Assembly: GCA_045603685.1 (NCBI GenBank)
Contig: JAZUMR010000014.1
Location: 3,101 to 67,100 of the forward strand
Length of the DNA: 64,000 nt
DNA from: Prevotella sp.
GTDB lineage: Bacteria; Bacteroidota; Bacteroidia; Bacteroidales; Bacteroidaceae
Direction: 5' to 3'
A program made the translations under genes and the position numbers. The notes below the pieces were generated by a model. That model saw only the letters and a program-made list of their open reading frames with translations, did no database searches and had not been told where the DNA came from. This document shows positions 26,501 to 35,711 of this stretch, one piece after another (within the stretch, counting starts at the first letter, position 1; the number at the start of each line of letters is the position of its first letter).

Positions 26501-28294
26501 ATGAAAAGCATGAAGAATATCTTTGTTATAGCATTGACTGCCGTACTGACAGCGACAACCCATAACGCTTCAGCACAGAGTAAGGCTGAGAACGGCATGA
26601 GAATGTATAAGATTGAGGCTGCAAACTTCAGGGCCGGAGAATACATGAGTGCGGTAGGCGACACCGCAGGACAGGCTGTTTACATCATCAGCGAGCGCCA
26701 GAAGGTTCCTTTCACGCAGCAGTGCGTGAAGCAGGAGAGAAGGCCTGCTGCCGGAGATGTCAACGAAAAGCGGATGAAGAAACCATACTTCAACGTCAGA
26801 ATGGCTATGCCTGTTCCTGCATGCTATACTCCGACGGAGCAGGGAGAGAAGGCTGGACTTGACTGGGGAATATATCATCACAGCCATTCTGCATCGCTTG
26901 AAGTGATGCCTAACGGCGACTTGCTTGCCATATACTTCTCGACTCCAAGAGGAAAGTCTGAGGCTGATCCTGCCACAACATTCGTGCAGGCACGCCGCAG
27001 ATATGGCTCAGACGAATGGGACATGCCTGAATTGTTCTTCAACACTGTAGGCGGAAACGACCAGTCGGCATTGTTGTTCACTGACAACGATACCGTTTGG
27101 TTCTTCGGAGGCGGCAGAGACATGACTGACTATGTGCCTTTCCGTATATGCAAGTCTACGGATAACGGAGCAACATGGACATTCTCTGTGCCGCAGATGG
27201 ACAAGAAACTGGAGCGATATACTGCCCAGCCTATCAGTAATGCCTTCAGGAACAAGAACGGAGAACTGTTTGTTGCTATCGACGGAAAAGGCTCTGAAAG
27301 TTTCCTCCTGCGCAGCAAGGATGGCGGAGTGACATGGCACGACATGGGCGGACGCACTTCTTCACGCCACTCTACTATCGTTCCGCTAGACGATAAAGGC
27401 ACTCTCTTGTCGGCTGGAGGAAAGAATGGAAATGTCAACGGATGGAATCCGCAGAACATATCATACGACTGGGGAGCAACATGGACTAAGGGTGAACCTT
27501 CACCATTCCCTCCTACAGGCACTGCACAGCGACCATGCATGATACGTCTCGCATCTGGTGCGCTATGTATCGTCGGCGACTCATACCTCCACAAGAGGAA
27601 GACTTCGCCGCCAGCAGGATGGAACTACGGCAACGACTGCTACGTCGGACTGTCTTATGATAACGGTAAGACATGGCAGATAAAGAATATTCCTGTCGCA
27701 CTTCCGCAGCATCACCGCCTCGATCATCCGTCTCTCGGATACTGCACTCTGCGTCAGGGAAGGGACGGAATGATTCATATACTCACCACATCAAACTATC
27801 CTGGACTGGAGATAGAATTCAACGAGGCTTGGATTCTAAGCAAGCAGGTGGACTACAAACAGCCGAAGAAGGCTCTATGCGACTTCACTAAGAGCGGAAC
27901 ATTCGTCCTGAACGGCACCTATACCGACTACTTCCCTAACGGAAAGAAACAGCATGAGGTGACATACAGGAACGGACGACGCACCGGAACGGAGACTCTG
28001 TGGCGCGAAGACGGCACAGTAGAATGGACATGGCAGCGTGATTTGAAAACCAATATCGGTGTGTGGACCCAGTACTGGCCTAATGGTAATAAGCGTGTTG
28101 AAAGCACATGGAACCTAAAACCAGCACCACGTGACTTGCCAGGAACCCCTCTGAACGGCGCGATGGCTCATGGCGAGGCGCGTCATTATGATGAAAACGG
28201 CACGCTCGTTGCAACATATAACTTCATAAAAGGTACAGAAAACGGCATCGACGAGCAGGGCTCGAATGCTGGAATACTCAATGAGGGAAAATAA
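26501..28294 (+). CDS. Sialidase-fold (BNR/Asp-box) beta-propeller protein with C-terminal MORN/YwqK-like repeats
   Basis: Four Asp-boxes: STDNGATW, SKDGGVTW, SYDWGATW, SYDNGKTW. The C-terminus YTDYFPNGKKQHEVTYRNGRRTGTETLWREDGT..YWPNGNKRVES is MORN-variant-like. Confidence 0.75.
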   Translation: MKSMKNIFVIALTAVLTATTHNASAQSKAENGMRMYKIEAANFRAGEYMSAVGDTAGQAVYIISERQKVPFTQQCVKQERRPAAGDVNEKRMKKPYFNVRMAMPVPACYTPTEQGEKAGLDWGIYHHSHSASLEVMPNGDLLAIYFSTPRGKSEADPATTFVQARRRYGSDEWDMPELFFNTVGGNDQSALLFTDNDTVWFFGGGRDMTDYVPFRICKSTDNGATWTFSVPQMDKKLERYTAQPISNAFRNKNGELFVAIDGKGSESFLLRSKDGGVTWHDMGGRTSSRHSTIVPLDDKGTLLSAGGKNGNVNGWNPQNISYDWGATWTKGEPSPFPPTGTAQRPCMIRLASGALCIVGDSYLHKRKTSPPAGWNYGNDCYVGLSYDNGKTWQIKNIPVALPQHHRLDHPSLGYCTLRQGRDGMIHILTTSNYPGLEIEFNEAWILSKQVDYKQPKKALCDFTKSGTFVLNGTYTDYFPNGKKQHEVTYRNGRRTGTETLWREDGTVEWTWQRDLKTNIGVWTQYWPNGNKRVESTWNLKPAPRDLPGTPLNGAMAHGEARHYDENGTLVATYNFIKGTENGIDEQGSNAGILNEGK

Positions 28295-28385
28295 AACTCT
28301 CAATCAGGGGAAATAAAAACCTTAATTAGGAAAATTGAAGTCCTAATATGGAGTGATGAGAATCCTTATGAATGGAAGCAGAAAC
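28277..28385. repeat. Degenerate ~22-bp tandem array (5 units, CTYAATNAGG-A-rich) straddling the stop codon of the upstream CDS
   Basis: Units start at 28277, 28299, 28321, 28342 and 28364. Confidence 0.6.
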
Positions 28386-28575
28386 CATAGTATAGGGTAA
28401 TGCAGGCCTTAATGAAAGGCAACAAAAAGCATTGGGCAGCACCATAACAAAACATCTTTTACAGGATGTCAGAATGCGCCTAATAAAGAAAACAGTGCAT
28501 ACAAGCAACCTCATTATATATAAGAACAAGGTAAAGATACAGACTTAAGGCATACAATAAAAAAATATTATATTA

Positions 28576-31500
28576 ATGAAAAGACTCTTGACAATGCTCA
28601 CCATGCTTGTCGTGGTGACAATGATGATGGCGAAACCGAAGGTTGTCCATCTCACAACGGAGAACATGACAAATCCTTTGGGATTGTCAACGCATACTCC
28701 GCGATTCTCGTGGCAGATTACTGAGACGAAGAACAACACTGTTCAGACTGCCTATCATGTACTTGTGGCTACATCGCCAGAACTCCTTGTGCCTGGCAAA
28801 GCCGACCTCTGGGACACAGGAATGGTGCAGAGTGACCAGCAGCTGTGGCTCGCTTATGCCGGCAAAAAGCTCAAAGACACTGATCATGCCTACTGGACTG
28901 TTAAAGTAAAGACAAACAAAGGCGAGACAGAATGGGCTGCTGCACAGCGGTTCAGCGTAGGTCTTACAGTGGAATCACACTGGGCTGGCCGCTGGATTGG
29001 CATTGACGAGCTGTTTGAAGGCGAGCGTCAAGGCTATCGCTCACGTATCGCTGCACGCTACATTCGCAAGGAGATTGACATCAAGGCAGAGGAAATCAAG
29101 CGTGCAACAGCATACGTTGCAGCCGTAGGTCTCTACGAGTTCTATATCAACGGGCAGAAGCAGGGCATTGATGTCCTTGCTCCTCAGCCTACAGACACCC
29201 GCAAGTCAATCATCTATAATACATTCGATATTACAGATGCATTGCGTGCCAAGCAACTCGAACCAGAGCAGAAAGCAAACCAACAGGGTGCTGTATCAAC
29301 CATGATGGCACTCGCTCCAGAGGCTTCAAAGTCATGTATCGGTATTGCTCTCGGTGCAGGTCGCGCATTCCCTATGCGCCAGTCAAAACCACACAAGAGC
29401 CCATTCATGGGATTTCCTAAGTGCCGTATCAACATTATAATTGAGTACACAGACGGCACAACGCAGAAAATCTCAACAGACGAGAGCTGGAAACTGACTG
29501 CAAACGGCCCTATCCGCGCCAACAACGAGTTCGACGGAGAGGAGTATGACGCACGCATGGAACTCGGCGATTGGTCTGTTGTGGGTTATGATGACTCAAA
29601 ATGGATATGGTCAAAGCGTACGGATATACCTATGGCAGAGCTCATAGGACAGCCTGCACCGAACATGCGAGTGCTCAATACCCTTAAGCCAAAGAGCATC
29701 AGCACACTTCCTGACGGCCGCTACATTATCGACTTCGGCCAGAACATGGCAGGCTGGATACAGATGAAAGTGCGCGGCAACAGCGGCGATACAATACGCA
29801 TCAAGTTTGCAGAGAAACTGAATCCGGATGGCACTCTCTATCTCGCAAACTTCCGCGATGCACTTTCAGAAGACATATATGTATGTAATGGCAAGGAGAA
29901 CGGCAGCACATGGCGTCCTACATTCATCACACATGGCTTCCGCTATGCTATGGTTACAGGATATAAGAATGCCAAGACAGATGACTTCGAGGCACAGGTT
30001 GTCTCAGACGACATGACCGTTTCAGGCAATATAAAGACAAGCAACAGTGTGCTGAACAATGTATATCGCAATGCATACTGGGGCATATTGTCCAACTACA
30101 AAGGCATGCCGGTAGACTGTCCGCAGCGCAATGAGCGCCAGCCATGGCTTGGTGACCGCACCATGGGAGCCTTCGGCGAAGCGTACATTTTCAATAATGA
30201 GCGTCTATACTCTAAGTGGATGCGTGACATCTGTGAGACACAGCGCACCGACGGAGTATTCTCTGACGTAGCGCCAGCCTTCTGGAATTACTATAACGAT
30301 GACGTTACATGGCCGTCAGCACTGCCATTCATCTGCGAGATGATTTACCGTCAGTATGGCAACAAGCAGCCAATCATCGACTCATACCCATATATCAAGA
30401 AGTGGATGAACCACCTTCTGACTGAGTATATGGAGGATTATCTCATCACAAGAGATAAGTATGGCGACTGGTGCGTACCGCCAGAGGACCTCAAGATGAT
30501 ACACTCTCAGGACCCTGCACGCAAGACTGACGGCACACTTATCTCAACAGCATACACCATAAAGAACCTCCGACTGATGCAGATGTATGCCGACATGCAA
30601 GGCTTCACTGCCGACAAGGAGGAGTATGCTGCACTTGAGAAGAAGATGACCGAGGCTTTCAACAAGAAATTCCTCACCATCAAGCGCGGCACATCAGAGC
30701 AGCCAGGCCATATACTCTATCCGGACAGCGTGTTCTACGGCAACAACTCAGCCACCAGCAACCTGCTTCCTCTTGCATTAGGCATTGTGCCTGATGACTG
30801 CAAAGAAGAAGTTGTGAAGAATCTTGTGACAAACATCTGCGGCAAGAACGGCGACCATGTGTCATGTGGAGTAATCGGAATCTCATGGCTGATGCGTACA
30901 CTTTCTGAAAACGGACGTGCCGACCTGGCATACCGCATAGCTTCACAGAAGACCTATCCTTCATGGGGTTACATGGTAGAGCAGGGCGCAACGACAATCT
31001 GGGAGCTATGGAACGGCGACAAGGCTAATCCTCGCATGAACTCAGGCAACCACGTCATGCTTCTCGGCGACCTCCTGATATGGTACTATGAGAATCTGGC
31101 AGGCATCAAGAACGCCCCAGGCTCAGTAGCCTTCAAGAAGCTCATGATGAAGCCAAACTTCGAGATACAGGACCTCGACAATGTCGATGCATCATACCAG
31201 ACACCTTACGGACTGGTCAAGTCAAGCTGGACCAAGACCCTCGAGCAGGTAGAATGGAACATCACGCTGCCAGCAAACACAACTGCAGACGTATATCTTC
31301 CTGACGGAACAGTCAAGACCTTAGGTTCTGGCACACACACACTGAAGTCAAAGATAGCACCTCGTGACAACAGCATCATCAACGATGAGTTTGTCTACGA
31401 CCAGTCTATCTATCCAGAAACCCATGCTTCTTCTATTGTAGAACTGGAGAACGGCGACCTCGTGGCTACATATTTCGGCGGCACAAAGGAGCGCAATCCA

Positions 31501-32556
31501 GACGTATGTATCTGGACACAGATAAAGAAGAAAGGCTCTGACACATGGTCAGCGCCAGTACTTGCAGCCGACGGCGTATTAGCTTTAGGTTCAGAGCAGG
31601 GCAATATTGCCGGCATAGACACACTCTGCGCCAAGGCAAACGTAGGTCCTGTGAAGAATCTGAATATCGGCTGGGCTCAGGCAAAGAGTCCTGAGGCTAA
31701 GAATAACAAGGCGCTTGACGGCTACTACCGCAAGGCCTGCTGGAATCCGGTGCTCTTCCAGATGCCTTCAGGCGAACTGTGGCTCTTCTTCAAGATAGGC
31801 CTCAAGGTGGCTGACTGGACAGGCTGGCTCACCAAATCGACTGACGGCGGCAAGACATGGAGCGAGAAAGAACCGCTGCCACAAGGCTTCCTCGGTCCCG
31901 TGAAGAACAAGCCAGAGATTATCAACGGCCGTCTCATCTGCCCTACATCAACAGAAGGCGATGGCTGGAAATTCCATGTAGAGATACTCGACCTTAAGAC
32001 CAACGAGTGGAAGTACGTAAAGATACCACGTGAAGATGCAATTCTCACGACCGACATGGTACCAGTGCTTCCAAAGGACGGCAACATGCCGGAGATGATA
32101 CTTAAGGAAGGAGCGAAGAAACGCCCAGTAGACTGCATCCAGCCTTCTATCCTTAAGCATAAGGACGGCCGTCTTCAGATGGTTGGCCGCACACGCAACG
32201 GCCGTCTCGCATCGACATTCAGCAGCGATAACGGCGACACATGGACACCTGTGACACTGCTCAATGTGCCTCAGAACCAGTCAGGCACTGACGCCGTGAC
32301 GCTAAAGGACGGCCGTCATGTCCTAATATATAATAATGTATATACAGTCCCAGGCAAGCGCAAGGACCACCGTTCGCCATGCTCACTGGCTATTTCAGAA
32401 GACGGAATCACATGGAATCACTTCCTCACCCTTGAGGACAGCCCTATCGGCCAATATTCTTATCCGTCAATCATACAGGGCAAAGATGGTTCGCTCCACT
32501 GTATCTACACATGGCGCCGCCAGCGTATTTCATACAAACAGATAAAACTTAAATAA
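28576..32556 (+). CDS. Fusion protein: GH78 alpha-L-rhamnosidase plus a C-terminal sialidase-fold (BNR) domain
   Basis: 1326 aa. GH78 is supported by NPLGLSTHTPRFSWQI and VDCPQRNERQPWLGD. The last ~400 aa carry Asp-boxes STDGGKTW, SSDNGDTW and SEDGITW, plus YPSIIQGKDGSLHCIYTW. Confidence 0.85.
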   Translation: MKRLLTMLTMLVVVTMMMAKPKVVHLTTENMTNPLGLSTHTPRFSWQITETKNNTVQTAYHVLVATSPELLVPGKADLWDTGMVQSDQQLWLAYAGKKLKDTDHAYWTVKVKTNKGETEWAAAQRFSVGLTVESHWAGRWIGIDELFEGERQGYRSRIAARYIRKEIDIKAEEIKRATAYVAAVGLYEFYINGQKQGIDVLAPQPTDTRKSIIYNTFDITDALRAKQLEPEQKANQQGAVSTMMALAPEASKSCIGIALGAGRAFPMRQSKPHKSPFMGFPKCRINIIIEYTDGTTQKISTDESWKLTANGPIRANNEFDGEEYDARMELGDWSVVGYDDSKWIWSKRTDIPMAELIGQPAPNMRVLNTLKPKSISTLPDGRYIIDFGQNMAGWIQMKVRGNSGDTIRIKFAEKLNPDGTLYLANFRDALSEDIYVCNGKENGSTWRPTFITHGFRYAMVTGYKNAKTDDFEAQVVSDDMTVSGNIKTSNSVLNNVYRNAYWGILSNYKGMPVDCPQRNERQPWLGDRTMGAFGEAYIFNNERLYSKWMRDICETQRTDGVFSDVAPAFWNYYNDDVTWPSALPFICEMIYRQYGNKQPIIDSYPYIKKWMNHLLTEYMEDYLITRDKYGDWCVPPEDLKMIHSQDPARKTDGTLISTAYTIKNLRLMQMYADMQGFTADKEEYAALEKKMTEAFNKKFLTIKRGTSEQPGHILYPDSVFYGNNSATSNLLPLALGIVPDDCKEEVVKNLVTNICGKNGDHVSCGVIGISWLMRTLSENGRADLAYRIASQKTYPSWGYMVEQGATTIWELWNGDKANPRMNSGNHVMLLGDLLIWYYENLAGIKNAPGSVAFKKLMMKPNFEIQDLDNVDASYQTPYGLVKSSWTKTLEQVEWNITLPANTTADVYLPDGTVKTLGSGTHTLKSKIAPRDNSIINDEFVYDQSIYPETHASSIVELENGDLVATYFGGTKERNPDVCIWTQIKKKGSDTWSAPVLAADGVLALGSEQGNIAGIDTLCAKANVGPVKNLNIGWAQAKSPEAKNNKALDGYYRKACWNPVLFQMPSGELWLFFKIGLKVADWTGWLTKSTDGGKTWSEKEPLPQGFLGPVKNKPEIINGRLICPTSTEGDGWKFHVEILDLKTNEWKYVKIPREDAILTTDMVPVLPKDGNMPEMILKEGAKKRPVDCIQPSILKHKDGRLQMVGRTRNGRLASTFSSDNGDTWTPVTLLNVPQNQSGTDAVTLKDGRHVLIYNNVYTVPGKRKDHRSPCSLAISEDGITWNHFLTLEDSPIGQYSYPSIIQGKDGSLHCIYTWRRQRISYKQIKLK

Positions 32557-32566
32557 CATCAACATA

Positions 32567-32611
32567 GGGTAAATGGGGAAGAAAGGCAGCTGCCGGCTTT
32601 CTCGTTTACCC
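32567..32611 (+). terminator. Stem-loop followed by a T-rich tract (possible partial terminator inside the block)
   Basis: gggtaaa (32567-32573) pairs with tttaccc (32605-32611), followed by tttatttgttt. Confidence 0.5.
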
Positions 32612-32628
32612 TTTATTTGTTTATATCC

Positions 32629-35418
32629 ATGAAAAGACTATTATCTACTATCTTATTTTTCAGCGCGATGCTCGTGGCTTATGCGGGCAGCGTGAACATC
32701 GTTCTGCCAAAGAAGGCAACAAACCGAGTGGAGTATGCAGCAGAATATCTGCAGAAGAAACTCTCTCAGCAGGGCATCACAGTCAGTGTCACAAAAAACG
32801 GAAAGACAGACAAGAAAGCCCAGCATTATGTATATCTCTCTGTAAGCAAGAACTCATCAGCCCTCAAGAAAGAAGGCTTTGAGATTACCACAGCAGCCAA
32901 GACCACCAAGCAGGGCAGCAGCACAAAGGTCACAATTGTTGGTAACGACGGCACAGGATGCATCTATGCCTGCAACGAACTGGCAGAGCAGATAAAGAAA
33001 AAAGGCATCCAGAATCTTCCTGCAAGCATAAAGGATGCGCCAGAGATGGTGCTTCGCGGCGGATGTATCGGTGTGCAGAAGCCATATCTGCTGCCAGGCC
33101 GCATGGTATACGAATATCCTTACACACCAGAACTCTTCCCATGGTTCTACGACAAGCAGCAGTGGATAGAATACCTCGACATGCTTGTAGACAACCGCAT
33201 GAACTCTGTCTATCTCTGGAACGGCCATCCGTTCGCTTCGCTGGTGAAACTTCCTGACTATCCTTATGCAGTAGAGGTTGACGATGCTACATTCGAGAAG
33301 AACAAGGAAATCTTCGCATTCCTCACAAAGGAGGCCGACCGCCGTGGCATATTCGTCATACAGATGTTCTATAACATCCTGGTATCTAAGCCTTTCGCAG
33401 AGCATCACAAGATAAGAACACAAGACCGCAACCGCCCAATCACACCGTTGCTCCACGACTATACATATAAGTCAGTGCGTGCATTCATCGAGAACTATCC
33501 TAACGTAGGACTCCTTGTATGTCTGGGCGAAGCTATGGCGACATACGAAGACGACGTCAAGTGGATGACACAGACCATCATACCAGCTGTGAAAGACGGT
33601 CTGAAAACCCTCGGACGCACAGACGAGCCGCCAGTGCTGCTCCGCGCACACGACACCGACTGCAAGATGGTCATGGAGGCGTCGCTCCCTCTCTACAAGA
33701 ACCTCTACACAATGAACAAGTATACAGGCGAGTCGCTCACCACATACACACCGCAAGGCCCATGGGGCGAGACCCACAAGTCGCTTGCTGCATTAGGTTC
33801 TACACATATTTCTAATGTACATATCCTTGCAAACCTTGAGCCGTTCCGCTGGTCATCGCCTGACTTCATCCAGAAGACAGCACAGGCTATGCACAAAGCA
33901 CACCACGCCAACGCCCTTCATCTCTATCCGCAGGCTTCATACTGGGACTGGCCTTACACAGCCGACAGCGTAAAGACATCTAACGGAAACCGCATGAAGC
34001 AGCTCGAGCGCGACTGGATGTGGTATTCAGCATGGGGACGCTACGCATGGAACTGCCAGCGCGACCGCAACGAAGAGAAAGCATACTGGGATGATACCCT
34101 CGCCGTAAAGTTCGGCACGACAACGGCATCGGCTGCCAAGATACGTGAGGCTATGGAGGAGAGCGGCGAAATTGCGCCTAAGCTCCTGCGTCGTTTCGGC
34201 ATCACAGAAGGCAACCGTCAGACTCTGCTCCTCGGCATGTTCTGTTCTCAACTGGTCAATCCGTACAAGTATACCGTATATCCTGGATTCTACGAAAGCT
34301 GCGGACCAGACGGTGAGAAACTCATTGAGTATGTCGCAAAAGAGCATGGCGCACCGCTGCCTGTCAATCAGAACTTCCCGGACAACGTCAACGTGAAGGC
34401 TGCAAGCACCAAACAGCACATCGGAGAACTGCCGCTGCAGATTGTCAGCGAGACCATGGCGCACGGCGACAAGGCTGTGGCAGCTATTGACGAAGCATTC
34501 GCCAGCGTAGGAAAGAACATACAGGAGTTTGCACGTCTGCGCAACGATATGCACTGCTATCGTGAGTTTGCATACGCATTCGGTCTTAAGGTGCGCGCCT
34601 GCGAGCATGTTCTCAACTACAAATACACTAACGACATCAACGAACTGGAGAAGGCTGTGCCGCTGCTCGAGAAGAGTCTTGCACACTATCGCACGCTCGC
34701 AGCCCTCACATCGTCAACATACCGCTATGCCAACAGTATGCAGACATCTATGCGCCGCATACCTATCGCAGGCAACGACGGACGCATGAAGCACTGGAAC
34801 GAACTCCTGCCGGAGTATGAGAAAGAGCTGGCTAACTTCAAGAAGAACATCGCGCTGCTCAAGAGCAAGGCTGACGGAACATATCAGGAGGAGAAGGTAG
34901 AGCTGAAGCCTCTCACACCAGCCGCAATCACTCAGGTGGCATACAACGGAAAGCCTGTTTCTTCGGTTAAGATTGAGAAGGGCGCAAAACTCTTCTCTGA
35001 CCTCGACTCACTCGTAACAGACTACGCCATCGAACTCGACGGCATGCAGGCATACGTCCTTCCTTCTAAGGAACAGCGCAACACGGGAACAGCCGTGACA
35101 TTCACAACCGACAAGCCTGTCACCCTCCTCGTCGGATTCTTCCGCGACGACCAGTCGAAGTACGCCAAGGCACCACGTCTCGAAATCGACGCTACAGCCA
35201 GCGAATTCGGACAGCAGGAGCCATGCTACACCTCAGCAATACGCATAAACGGCATGCCGCAGGTGAATGTTCACCCGTACAACCTCTCAGCAGGCACACA
35301 CACGCTGAACCTGCCTAAGGGATTCCTGCTCGTTCTCGGAGCTACTGCCGACAAGATCACACCACGTGACGCAGCACTGGCAGGTGCCGACAGCTCTATA
35401 GACTGGCTGTTCTATTAA
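32629..35418 (+). CDS. Secreted 929-aa glycoside-hydrolase-like protein, family unassigned (GH138-like is a guess)
   Basis: Start at ATG 32629 (MKRLLSTILFFSAMLVAYAGS). The layout looks like an N-terminal alpha/beta domain, a central TIM-like region (VLRGGCIGVQKP..NSVYLWNGHPF) and a beta-rich C-terminus. The context is an all-glycosidase block. Confidence 0.4.
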   Translation: MKRLLSTILFFSAMLVAYAGSVNIVLPKKATNRVEYAAEYLQKKLSQQGITVSVTKNGKTDKKAQHYVYLSVSKNSSALKKEGFEITTAAKTTKQGSSTKVTIVGNDGTGCIYACNELAEQIKKKGIQNLPASIKDAPEMVLRGGCIGVQKPYLLPGRMVYEYPYTPELFPWFYDKQQWIEYLDMLVDNRMNSVYLWNGHPFASLVKLPDYPYAVEVDDATFEKNKEIFAFLTKEADRRGIFVIQMFYNILVSKPFAEHHKIRTQDRNRPITPLLHDYTYKSVRAFIENYPNVGLLVCLGEAMATYEDDVKWMTQTIIPAVKDGLKTLGRTDEPPVLLRAHDTDCKMVMEASLPLYKNLYTMNKYTGESLTTYTPQGPWGETHKSLAALGSTHISNVHILANLEPFRWSSPDFIQKTAQAMHKAHHANALHLYPQASYWDWPYTADSVKTSNGNRMKQLERDWMWYSAWGRYAWNCQRDRNEEKAYWDDTLAVKFGTTTASAAKIREAMEESGEIAPKLLRRFGITEGNRQTLLLGMFCSQLVNPYKYTVYPGFYESCGPDGEKLIEYVAKEHGAPLPVNQNFPDNVNVKAASTKQHIGELPLQIVSETMAHGDKAVAAIDEAFASVGKNIQEFARLRNDMHCYREFAYAFGLKVRACEHVLNYKYTNDINELEKAVPLLEKSLAHYRTLAALTSSTYRYANSMQTSMRRIPIAGNDGRMKHWNELLPEYEKELANFKKNIALLKSKADGTYQEEKVELKPLTPAAITQVAYNGKPVSSVKIEKGAKLFSDLDSLVTDYAIELDGMQAYVLPSKEQRNTGTAVTFTTDKPVTLLVGFFRDDQSKYAKAPRLEIDATASEFGQQEPCYTSAIRINGMPQVNVHPYNLSAGTHTLNLPKGFLLVLGATADKITPRDAALAGADSSIDWLFY

Positions 35419-35544
35419 TACCTTACAGAATTAAGATTTCCGTGCGATGACACTGAGAGAGCATTGAATTTGTGTTATGCTGACATATTGTAAGAAAATA
35501 ACGTATTTTGCTAACGCAATTCTTTTGCTTTCGACAATAATCCA

Positions 35545-35579
35545 AGACACTGCTTTTGGGCATGCCAAAAGCAGTGTCT
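35545..35579 (+). other. Perfect 15-bp stem-loop built on the AAAAGCAGTGTC word
   Basis: agacactgcttttgg - gcatg - ccaaaagcagtgtct. Confidence 0.8.
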
Positions 35580-35711
35580 GACCCGCTCAGAAGCAGCCTT
35601 TTGCAACGTCAAAAATAGCACTATCAAAACGTAAGCAGTGCCGCTTGCTGCACAGGCATGATTTTGTCATCATCTGCTTATCACACGTTACTAAACCAAT
35701 ATTTACAAAAC

